DNA from: Hemiscyllium ocellatum
Lineage: Eukaryota
DNA length: 64,000 nt
Assembly (NCBI RefSeq): GCF_020745735.1
Contig: NC_083409.1
Span: 10,638,978-10,702,977 of the forward strand
Direction: 5' to 3'
The position numbers and the translations under genes are program-made. The notes under the pieces were generated by a model. The model searched no databases, was not told the DNA's origin, and saw nothing but the letters and a program-made list of their open reading frames with translations. Positions 1 to 9,139 of the stretch are shown one piece after another. The first letter of the stretch is position 1, and each line of letters opens with the position of its first letter.

Positions 1-808
1 ATAGCTCCGGCTCGACTGGCAAAATTTAAGGCAGGAGCATCTCCAATGTGTCCTAAATGCAAAATAGAGGTGGGTACTCTTGTACATTGTCTGTGGACTT
101 GTCAGAAAATCCGCAGATACTGGACTAAAGTGGCAAATACCCTGACAGAAATTTTAGGAACGGAAATTAGGGTGGACCCTGTATCTCTCCTTTTGGGCTT
201 TTCGAACCTCTCATCTCTGGATATGCATGGGAAGAGACTATTTTCTATTCTCTCTTTCTGTGCAAGGAAAAATATTTTGGTGAACTGGGTGGCTGAGGGC
301 CCCCCTGGACTTTCAAACTGGCACAGATTAATTATGGAATATATCCCCCTTGACTTCCTCACAAATATGGTGCACCGAAAGACTGAATTATTTTATAAAA
401 TATGGCAGCCCTTTTTGAATTATATAAATGCAGATATTTCGGCTATCCTAACAAGGGCTTTTATTTGTGAAGATTTCAGACCGGGCTGCTCCGGGGCCCC
501 TTGGGAGAGGAATCCTGCGCGAATACGGGTTTTATTATATTTGATGTTTATACATTCCGAGCATGTAAGAGACTTAGGTATACACTCTGGTTAGTTATAG
601 GTTAGATTAGTAGAAAGTTGAGTTTTTTTTTCTTTTTTCGTTTCTTTTTTTTCTTTTTTTGTTTTCTTTCTTTCTTTTTTCTTTGTTAAATTATGACTAT
701 TGTATATATGATTTAATTGTACATCAATGTTTGTATTTGAGAGTTTTGTTTATTTTTGTAAATTTGCAAAAATGTTAAATTTCAATAAAAATATCTACAA
801 AAAAAAAA
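1..808 (+). mobile_element. 3' end of an L1-clade LINE (ORF2 C-terminal Cys-rich domain, T-rich 3' UTR, polyA tail)
   Basis: The frame is open from base 1 (IAPARLAKF...SPMCPKC...GTLVHCLWTC...FYKIWQPFLNY), the typical L1 ORF2 CCHC tail. AATAAA lies at 784-789 and an A10 tail at 799-808. Homology to cluster B resumes right after the tail. Confidence 0.85.
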
Positions 809-814
809 GAAAGA

Positions 815-1105
815 ATTCAGACCAAGAGACCACAGATTGAAAGCAATTGGGAAAAGTAACAAAAGTGAGATGGGGAACAACATTTTTAGCCAGTGAGTGG
901 TTAAGGTGTGGAATGCACTGCCTGAGAGTGTGGTGGAGGCAGCTTCAATTAAAACATTCTGAAGGGAATGAGAATGTTAGTTGAAAAGGAACAAAGTGCA
1001 GGGTGAGAGGGAGAAGGCAGGAGAATGACATTCAGTGAATTGCTCATTCAGAGGGGATGGGTGGAATGGCCTCCTTCTGCACTGTAACAATTCTGTGATT
1101 GTGTG
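815..1105 (+). mobile_element. CR1 LINE 3' relic, shared in inverted form with 35280-35575
   Basis: Contains gtggaatgcactgcctgagagtgtggtggaggcag (WNALPESVVEA motif) and a ctgtgatt-type tail. The reverse complement aligns with 35280-35575. Confidence 0.75.
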
Positions 1106-1440
1106 ATTGAGCAGAGTAAAAGCTGGGGGAGGTGGGAGCTCGGTGTCTCACTGTGCTGCTGCTGCTGCTGTTGAGGTCAGTGAAATCAGAGACTGGGACA
1201 GGGAGCCAGAGCTCACATCAAAATCTGCCCATGTCCGTCACACTGAGACTGGCAGGAGGCTAGTCACTGATTTCACTCCATGCTGCAGGAATGGGACCAC
1301 AGGCTGAAAATGGACAGAGCTCCTCCACACAGTGAGTAAAACTGACTGACTTCTGTCTTGCTGCTTAAGCGGGGCAATGGAACTAAAGAGATACAGCTGG
1401 ACACCCTGTTCGACACAGTGCTCCTCAATCAACCATTTCA
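1085..1440 (-). promoter_or_regulatory. Conserved J-C intron block of cluster A (candidate intronic enhancer)
   Basis: About 96% identical by eye to 34910-35280 (rc). RUNX ACCACA at 1296-1301 and E-box CAGCTG at 1394-1399 are both kept in the other copy. Confidence 0.4.
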
Positions 1441-1546
1441 TTCACTGCAGCTCCCCACTAACACCTTCAACAATTCAGCATTTGTGATTTAGAAAGTGTA
1501 TTTCAGTATTGACAGGGTTAATAACGGACAATTGGGGTTTACTTGC

Positions 1547-1581
1547 TCTGTCTGAGTTTAGTTCCTTAACCGAACGTGTAA
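1547..1581 (-). pseudogene. IGKJ: Ig kappa-type J segment, pseudogene (YTFG*GTKLRQ)
   Basis: The minus strand reads T TAC ACG TTC GGT TAA GGA ACT AAA CTC AGA CAG A|GCAAGT. The FGxG motif carries an in-frame TAA (1566-1568) and the donor is GC instead of GT. Confidence 0.93.
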
Positions 1582-1620
1582 CACAGTGAGAGCTCCCAGT
1601 GCAGAGGCTGTACAAAAACC
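1582..1620 (+). other. 23-bp-spacer RSS of J-A (perfect consensus)
   Basis: CACAGTG 1582-1588, 23-nt spacer, ACAAAAACC 1612-1620. Confidence 0.97.
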
Positions 1621-2064
1621 TCTGCTCTCTGCTTCCCCCTGTCACTCTCAACCTCTCCCTGTCTCTCTCTGTCTCTGTCTATTCTTGGTCAATCTCATTC
1701 ACTCCCTACCCCTCTCTGTCTCTTCCTCATTCATGTGTCTTTCTCTCTCTGTCTCCCTGGGTTGTCTCCAGCTACTCTCAGGGGTTTATGAAATTTAGTT
1801 TTCATTGTTAAATCTTGCAGCTGTTCTTCACATGCGGTCATGGAGTGTAAGAGGGAAACTTGAGGCCTTCAGTGAGCGGTGGACACCACAGGGACTGGAG
1901 TGTGTCATGGACAGCGACAACCCCAGCATGGGGTAATTTGTTCAATTTACTTTATATATAACTGTGGACGTGTCAGTGCAGGAGGTGGGACTGTCTGTCC
2001 ATTATTATACATTTCATATAACTGTTGGATGTGTCAGTACAGGAGCTGGTATTGTGTGTGTTGA

Positions 2065-2092
2065 GGTTTTTGTATGGCTCTGTATCACTGTA
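2065..2092 (-). other. 12-bp-spacer RSS of V-A with non-canonical heptamer TACAGTG
   Basis: The + strand reads GGTTTTTGT 2065-2073, 12 nt, CACTGTA 2086-2092. The first base of the CAC is changed. Confidence 0.93.
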
Positions 2093-2388
2093 AAGGCTGC
2101 TACTATACTGCTGACAGTAATAGTCAGCAACATCCTCATTCTGAACGTTGCTGATTGTCAGGGTGAAACTGGTCCCTGATCCACTGCCGGTGAATCGATC
2201 GGAGACTCCTGTGAATCGAGTTGTTGCAGCATAGATCAGGAGAGAGGGTTTCTGACCTTCTCGCTGCTGGTACCAAGCAAGGTAGCTGCTAATGCTTTGA
2301 CTGGCCTTACAGGTGATGGTTGCGGTCTGGCCCAGTCCCACTGACAGCACCGGGGGAGACTGGGTCATGGTGATGTCCCCACTGATAC
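2093..2388 (-). CDS. IGKV: Ig kappa-type V exon, cluster A (open frame, defective RSS)
   Basis: Translates as (G)[98 protein letters not shown]. Both Cys, the W and the YYC motif are intact. Acceptor AG at 2390-2389. Confidence 0.95.
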
Positions 2389-2574
2389 CTGAGGGGTCAG
2401 AGAGAAACACAGTGAAGTCAGAACTGTCACAGAAAGAGCCTGTCAAATGAGAGATTGTTGGAGACACTGAGCATTCCTCTGGTTTCAGCATTTTCCCTTC
2501 AATCACAAGTCAGTGGAATTGGAGTGAAATGGAGAGCAGCGAAAGATTCAAGGTGGAAGGAGAGAGATTTGTAC

Positions 2575-2623
2575 CTGCGACACAGAATGCCAGGGGCCAG
2601 ATCAGCTGGATGTGTGAAATCAT
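2575..2623 (-). CDS. IGKV: Leader exon of V-A (MISHIQLIWPLAFCVA-G)
   Basis: ATG at 2623-2621, 49-nt phase-1 exon, GT donor at 2574-2573, 186-bp intron to the V exon. Confidence 0.93.
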
Positions 2624-2683
2624 GGTGTGTGCTCCTGTCCCTGTGCCTGGTTCCTGATAAACTCTCCCTTCACTGGGCTCTGC

Positions 2684-2780
2684 TTTATAAAGCTGCAGCC
2701 TGTGAGAGTCTGACTGGGTGTTCCTCAGTATGTAAATGGCATCAGGCAGAGAGAGCCACGTCAGCCCCTCACACTTCCTC
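2684..2780 (-). promoter_or_regulatory. V-A promoter: TATA box, variant octamer ATTTACAT, CRE-like TGACGT, Ets/PU.1 GAGGAAGTG
   Basis: On the + strand: TTTATA 2684-2689, ATGTAAAT 2730-2737, ACGTCA 2758-2763, CACTTCCTC 2772-2780. Confidence 0.75.
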
Positions 2781-2799
2781 TTCTCTCTCTCTCCCTCTC

Positions 2800-3720
2800 T
2801 CAGAGAATCATTGATATGGACAGCACTGAATGAGGCCATTTGGCCCATTGTGTCTGTGCTGTTAAACAAAGATCTGATTATCCTCCAGCTCTTGGCCCAT
2901 TACCCTGGAGGTTACAGCAACACAAGGGAATATCTAAACACTGCTCCAATGTCACGAGAGTTTGTGACTCAACCAGCCTTTCAGGCAGTGAATTCCAGAC
3001 TCCCACCACCTTCTGGGTGAGAACATTTCTTCTCAACTCTCTTCTCACTCTCTAACTCTCCAACTCGCCTGGCCATGGACTCACTCGAATTCAGAAGGAT
3101 GAGAGGGAATCTGATTGAAATGTATAAAATTCTAACAGGGCTGGGCAGGGAGGAGGTTTCCCCTGGTTGGGAAGTCTGGAATCAGGGGACCCAGTCTCAG
3201 GGGGATACAGGGTAGACCATTTTCGACTGAGATGAGGAAACATTTCTTCACTCAAAGGGTAGGACAACTGTGGAACCCAAGGAACTGAATAAATTCAAGA
3301 AAAAGAGAGCGATAATTGTTTTGCATTTTAGCAGCATGAAGAGAATGGGGAGAAAGCAGGAATATGGTTTTGAGATGGAGGATCAGCCATGATCATACTG
3401 AATGACAGAGGAGACTCAAAGGGCCAAAAGGCCTACTCCAGTTCCGAGTTTCTATGTGTCCATGTCTGTGTTACCTGGGACACAGGTTATTGAGTCCTTT
3501 ACTGATATATAAAGTGCCTTCTTACCCACGGTATCACTGCCCCAAATAATCTTATCCCCCTCTATCATGTCCCCTCTCAGCCTTCACTGCTCCAAGGAAA
3601 CAATCCCAACCTTTCCAAGATTTCCCCACAGCTGACCCTCCATCCCAGGCAGCATCTTGGTAAATCTCTGCACCCTCTCAAGTACAATCACATCCTTCCC
3701 AGAATGTGGTGACCAGAACC
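2800..3720. mobile_element. Nested CR1 3' fragments upstream of V-A, largely shared (inverted) with 32550-33540
   Basis: CR1 tail motifs (FFTQRVV/LWNSLP-type DNA). 2800-3480 aligns with the rc of 32740-33540. Confidence 0.65.
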
Positions 3721-3727
3721 TATCCAC

Positions 3728-4135
3728 CTCTCTCTCTCTCTCTGTCTCACATCTGCCACTTCTTTCTCTCTATCCCTCTCTCTCCTACTATTAATCTCTT
3801 TCATGTTCTCGCTGTCTCTCACTCTGTCTCATAGCCACTCTCCCCAATTCACTTATGCTTTCTCACTCCATCTCATAATCTTTATTTTTCCATCTCTCAC
3901 TGTCTCCATAACTCCTTCCCTCTCTCGGTTCAATTTAGATCCTCTGTTATCTCTCCTCTCCATACCTCCCTCTGTCTCTCTCCCTCTCTCTCTGTATTCC
4001 CAAATCTACAATCGTACTCCCTCCCTCTCTGTCATTCTGTTTTTAATCATACTCATGTCTCTCACTTTCTCTCTCTCTCTGGCACACACACACACACACA
4101 CTCACCCGTTGTCTCTGACTCACTTCTCTCTCTTT
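3728..4135 (+). repeat. (TC)n/(CA)n low-complexity tract; counterpart (GA)n/(TG)n at 31795-32520
   Basis: Runs of tctc and caca are directly visible. Confidence 0.9.
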
Positions 4136-4627
4136 CTCACAGTGTCCCAGGTTGTGGCAGTTGAATTCAGGATGAATCTCCCTCTCTCTGCCCCACTCAT
4201 GGATGGTAGCCCTTGACCCCAGAAGCATGTTTTCTCCTGGAGTAAGGCCCCATTTTCCGCATTGACCTGGATTTGGCCTCTCTCAGAAAGATGGCTAGAT
4301 TCTTGTCAAATGAAGGGCAGTTCTGTGCTGTTGGCCTGTTCTCACTGGGGACTGGTTTGGACACAAAGCTCATTCCATGAAGGCCCAGCAGAGAGAGGAG
4401 ATCCTCAGGCCATCAGTGTGAGCTGGAGGGACAGCACAAGATCTGACCCCCTGATCCAGCATGTCCATTCACAACATTTTCCAATCCCTTCCCCTCTCCT
4501 ACCCCTCTCCTTCCCTTTCCATGATCAGTCTCTGAGTCAGGGTGTTTTACTGGGATACGGGTTGAACCATTATACAGTTACAACAGAAAGGAACTGAACC
4601 CCACACTCACCTTGGTGTCCATGATGC

Positions 4628-4868
4628 ACTGGACTCTCCTACAGAGTCCAGTAAACATGACCTCCTTCCTGCAGGAGCCTCCACTAGAGACCAGTAAACA
4701 TTGGTCTCCTTCTGACTGGACTCTCCAAAGGAGACCAGTAAACATGTACCTCTTTCGGACTGGATCGTCTAGTAAAGACCAGTAAACATGGACCTCCTTC
4801 CTGCTGGAACCTCCAAGACAGACCAGTAAATATGGGCCTCCTAATCACTGGAACTTCCAATGGAGATG
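4628..4868 (+). repeat. ~44-bp tandem repeat (about 5.5 units); resumes at 6105-6250
   Basis: The core gaccagtaaacatggacctccttcc.actggaacctcc recurs every ~44 nt, for example ctggactctccaaaggagaccagtaaacatgtacctctttcgga. Confidence 0.85.
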
Positions 4869-4869
4869 A

Positions 4870-6095
4870 GTAGATGGTTGAGTTTTTGAAGAAGGAAGCA
4901 GGAAGATAGGTAAAGATAGAGTAGTACACTCTGTCTACATGGAGTTAATACAAGGTTCCCTATGGTAGACTGCTCAGTAAGATTATATCACATAGGATCC
5001 AGGGACAGCTCACCAATTGGATATGAAATTGGCCTGATGATAGGAGGCTGAGGCTGGTGAGAGAGGGTTGTTCTTCAGACTGGAGGCCAGTGACCAACTG
5101 TCTGTCGCAAGAATCGATCATGGATCCACTGTTGTTCATCATTTATGTGAACAATTTGGATGAGAAAATAGCAGGAATGGTCAGTAAGTTTGTGGCTGAT
5201 GTTAAAATTGTTGGCATAGTGGACAGGGAAGAAGGTTATCCAAGAGTGCAATGTCATCTTCATCAACTGGGCCAGTGGGTCAACAAATCCAGATGGAAAT
5301 TTTGATAAATGGAAGGAGTTGCATTTTGGGAAGACAAATCAGGGCAGAAATTACACAATTAATGGTAGAGCCATGGGGAGTGTTGTTGAACAGAGAGTCT
5401 GAGGGGTACAGGTACATAGTTCCTTGGAAGTGGTGTCACAGGTAGACAGGATGGTGAAGAAGGGACTTGGCACGCCATCTTCACTGGTCAAAGCAGGGAG
5501 TACAGGAGCTGGGACATCATGTTACAGCTGTACAAGGCATTGGGAAGGCCACATTTGGACACAGTACATTTCTGCTTACCCTGCTATAGGAAGGAAGTTA
5601 TGACAGTGGTTTGAATAAAAGAAAGATTAACAGGGATGTTATCAAGATTGGAGGATTTGAATTACAAGATGAGGATGAATAGGCCAAGATGTTTTTCCAG
5701 GGAATGCAGGAGATTGAGGGGTGACCTTATAGAGGTTGTGGAATTAGGAGGGTCATAGATAAGGTGAATAGTCAAAGTCTTTTCCCCAGGGTAGGAGAGT
5801 CCAGTACTAGAAGGAGTAGGTTTAAGTTGAGAGGGGAAAGAATTAGTAGGAAACTGAGGGGCAACATTTTCACACAGAGGTTAGTGTGTATGTGTAATGA
5901 GCTGACAGAAGCATTCGTAGAGGTGAGTATAATTACTACATTTCAAGGACATTTTTACAGGAACATGGATAGGAAAGATTAGAGAGAATTGGGCCAAACA
6001 CATGCAAATGGGACTAGTTCAGTTTTGGATACTTGGTCGGCATGGATGAGTTGAGCTGAACGGCCTGATCCCATGCTGTAAACCTCTATGACTCT
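4870..6095 (+). mobile_element. 5'-truncated CR1 LINE (RT C-terminal half and 3' tail)
   Basis: ORF 5057-5305 contains WRPVTN...PLLFIIYVNNLDE...SKFVADVKI (CR1 RT motifs). The tail ctctatgactct lies at about 6085-6095. Confidence 0.85.
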
Positions 6096-6104
6096 TTGGT
6101 GATA

Positions 6105-6250
6105 TATACATGGGACACTTTCCCATAGAACCAGTAAACATGGACCTCTTTCCACTGGAACCTCCAATAGACACCAATAAACAGGGACCTCCTTCCCATT
6201 GGATGCTCCAGAAGAGACTAGTAAACATGGTCCTCCTTCCCTCAGGACTG
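6105..6250 (+). repeat. Second half of the 44-bp tandem repeat (about 3 units)
   Basis: accagtaaacatggacctctttccactggaacctccaatagacacc... has the same core as 4628-4868. Confidence 0.8.
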
Positions 6251-7599
6251 GCCAGCACCTGAGCTACAACTCCGACATCCTCTCCATCATGCAGGTCTCT
6301 TATTTCAATCTCAACAACATTGTCTCTGCGTTACCTCGGCCCCTTGACCACAGAAACCCTAATTCCTGCTCGTCCTGCCCCCTAAATCTATGATTCCAAT
6401 GTCCTGTCCCAGCTTCCTAAAGCCATATTCCATAAACTCCAACTTGTCTGATATGGAGTGGGCCCTTCCCTGTCTTATCCATCTGTCATTCCAGAATGAC
6501 CCCTGACCTCACTGCTAGCCAATTGCCTCCATGGCCTCCCCCGTCCCTCCATCTGTGTCCTGCTGCAGACTCACATTCCCTCCCTCCCCCTTTCAACTTC
6601 TGTCTCTGGTCTCCTGCCCATTGCTACTTGCTCCAACCCACCATTGACAGCAGAGCATTCAGACCCCTACAGCATGCTCTCTGACCTCCTGCCCTTGATC
6701 CCTCCCCCTCTCAATGGTTGTGCTATTGAGTATACTGTTCAATCCCATCACTTTGGTTCACTGTTCCCTTGCCATTGATTTGCTGAATTCTTCCTCATCA
6801 GTAAATCTAGTCTGGTCTGTTCCTTGAGTTGGTTCAAGAGAGTTTCCCTTGAGAAAACACTCTTCTGTAAACTGGGTTGTCTGTTTCTCCCAGTCTTTGT
6901 GTAAAGGTGAGTCTAAGTGTGTGTAAGCTCTAAAACAGCACAGACAGAGGTCACTGGGCTGATTGTGACTGTTAGTCAAATGAGTCCAATGAGTCCCATT
7001 TCCCCAGCCCTTCCTGGATAACCCTGCAATTATTTCCTTTTCAGCTATTTCTCCAAATGCCCTTTTGAAAGTTGCTGTTGAATCCACTTCCACTCACCTT
7101 GCAGACAGTCATTATGAACTCGCTGGATAAAAAATGTTCCTATCTTCTCTCTTGTGCTTTCGAATCTTTCTGAAATGTGTGCCCTCTGGTTACTGACCCT
7201 CCTGCCTGGAGAAACAATTTGTCCTGTATTTACTGCATCCAAAGTCTCTAATTGTGAATCCCTCATTGAGTGAGACCTATTTCCAGCACAGGGGGAGAAC
7301 ATTCAGCCTGACAGGGAAATGCTGTCATTTCATGGAGCAATCCAGTCAGCCCCACCCCCTCCCCTACTCGACCCCCAGAGCCTTGCAGGTTTATTTCCAT
7401 CAAGAGCCCATCCAATCTGCCATTGCAATCACTGAGTGTCTTCACCTGTCTCACCTGAATGGGCACTAATTTCCAAGACTTTGCCAATTTCTGCTAAAAT
7501 CAAAGTTCTTTCTGACATTCCATATCTCTTGCCCAACAGAATGTAAGATAATCTCAAAGGGAAGACAGGATTTTGTCTCCACACGGACTGTGCGGCGGT

Positions 7600-8060
7600 C
7601 ACTCTTACTGATACTGTCATGGACAGATACACCAACAGCAGGCAGGTTGGTGAGGGTGATAGTGAGTATGTTTTTCCCTCTTGTTGATTCCCTCACCACC
7701 TGCCCCAGGTCCAGTCTAGCATCTGAATCAGGTGGAACTTGACCAGCTTGCTCAGTAGTGATGCTTCTGAGCAGCTCTTGATGGTGGGCTTTGAAGTCCC
7801 TTACTCAGGGTATATCCTGCATCATTCCCTCCCTCAGTGCTCCCACCAAGTGTTGTTCAACATGGAGGAGGACTGACTGCTCAGTTGAGGTTGGAGCGGA
7901 GGGCGGTGCTATGTGGTAATCAGCAGGAGGTTTCCTTCCCCATGTTTGACCTGCTGTCATGAGGCTTCATGGGTTCCATAGTTAATGGTGAGGACTCCCA
8001 GGGCAACTCCCTTCTGACTGTACACACCACTGTGTTGCCTCCCCTGCTTGGTCTATCCTG
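7600..8060 (-). mobile_element. LINE APE-endonuclease fragment
   Basis: The minus strand reads GDFKAHHQELLRSITTEQAG (GDFN motif region). The same family occurs at 29650-30950. Confidence 0.6.
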
Positions 8061-8232
8061 CCAGTTATAAACTCAATGAGGGAACAATTCTGTGCAGGTT
8101 TCACAGCTTGGAGACAGAGCAGCTGCTGGATTCTGTTTCTGATCTCCGAGTGCAGGCGTGTGTGTTTGTGAGAGAGTGACTGACACCTTTTCCAAAACTG
8201 TGCTGTTTCTGCAAAAATAAATCCTAGAACCA

Positions 8233-8470
8233 GCCTCCTGTGCTGTCAGATTCCAGGGAGTGAAGATGGTTCACAGTTTTCTCCCGTCTCAGTAACAAAC
8301 ACCCAGCTGCTCCGAGCTCCTTCTTTCACTTCCTCTTTTTTGTGAAGTTTCAACCTTGCGATCTGACAGTCTTTGCAGTTATTTTTTACACTGGGGCTTT
8401 CTGCTGTGGTCAGAATCTCTAATAATAAGTGTCAGATCAGTGACAATCACAGCAGCTAAGAGCAGTCAGG
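8233..8470 (-). promoter_or_regulatory. Candidate B-cell enhancer upstream of V-A (PU.1/IRF composite, E-box, RUNX)
   Basis: TTTCACTTCC 8324-8333 (rc of aaaaaGAGGAAGTGAAA), CAGCTG 8304-8309, TGTGGT 8405-8410. All are conserved at 28310-28558. Confidence 0.55.
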
Positions 8471-8935
8471 ACTGAGGAGCCAAGCTCATTGTGAAACATA
8501 TTGGGAAGATCAAAGCCATCCTCTTCAGATCCTGGTATAAACTCCATCCCTCTCCCTGAGCACTATCTGCTGCTCAACCAGACTCTTTACAAACTGGGTC
8601 TCATGTTTGAGAATCATCTAAGCCCCATATCTTTCATATCACAAAGATCAGCCACTGAAAATCTCAGCCATGTTTATGGGGCTCCAAACATGACCATTCC
8701 AATGGCTGATGCACATCACAGCCACTGCCCTTCGTATCCTTCAGCTCATCCAAAATTCTGCAGCCCGTATCCAAACTTGCACCAAGTCCCGTTCCCACAA
8801 CCCCCTGAACCCCGTGCCTATATTGGCTCCTGGTCAAGCAACACCTCGATTTTCAAATTCTCATCCTTGTTCTCAAATCCCTCTCTGCCCTCCACTCTCC
8901 CTATCTCTGTAACTTCCTCCAAGCTGCCTCACTCC
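8470..8935 (+). mobile_element. L2-clade LINE RT C-terminal relic, shared (inverted) with 27860-28310
   Basis: Contains IGKIKAILF and LQLIQNSAARIQT (the L2 LQLIQNAAAR motif). Confidence 0.75.
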
Positions 8936-9139
8936 GTGTAGTCAGCAATCTTGGATAATTGGCTCTCTATTCCTTCATCCAAGTCATTGAGAAATATTGT
9001 GAAATACTGAGGCCCCTGCACAAATCCCTGGGGACACCACTATTCACATCTTGTTCATTAGAGAGCACGCACATTATCCCTCTTCTCTGTCTCCTACCTC
9101 CAAACTAATTCCTCACCAAAGACAAATACTTTTCTGTCA

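Noticed and set aside
1107-1307. ORF MSRVKAGGGG...AAAAA, repeated at 35002-35262
   Set aside because: It starts at TTG, the poly-Ala is just the CAG tract, and copy A has TGA where copy B has TGC. The conservation is at DNA level, not coding.
4628-6250. Regularly spaced partly palindromic repeats suggesting CRISPR
   Set aside because: The context is eukaryotic, there are no unique spacers or cas genes, and the units are contiguous and degenerate.
7600-8060. Similarity to 30330-30700 as part of the cluster duplication
   Set aside because: Both copies are on the same strand, whereas duplicated arms are inverted. They are independent insertions of one LINE family.
8475-8500. ggagccaagctcattgtgaaac looks like a J segment (GxKLIV)
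   Set aside because: There is no FGxG and no RSS or donor. It is the edge of the L2 relic, and the paralogue reads ggagccaggctcactgggaaac.
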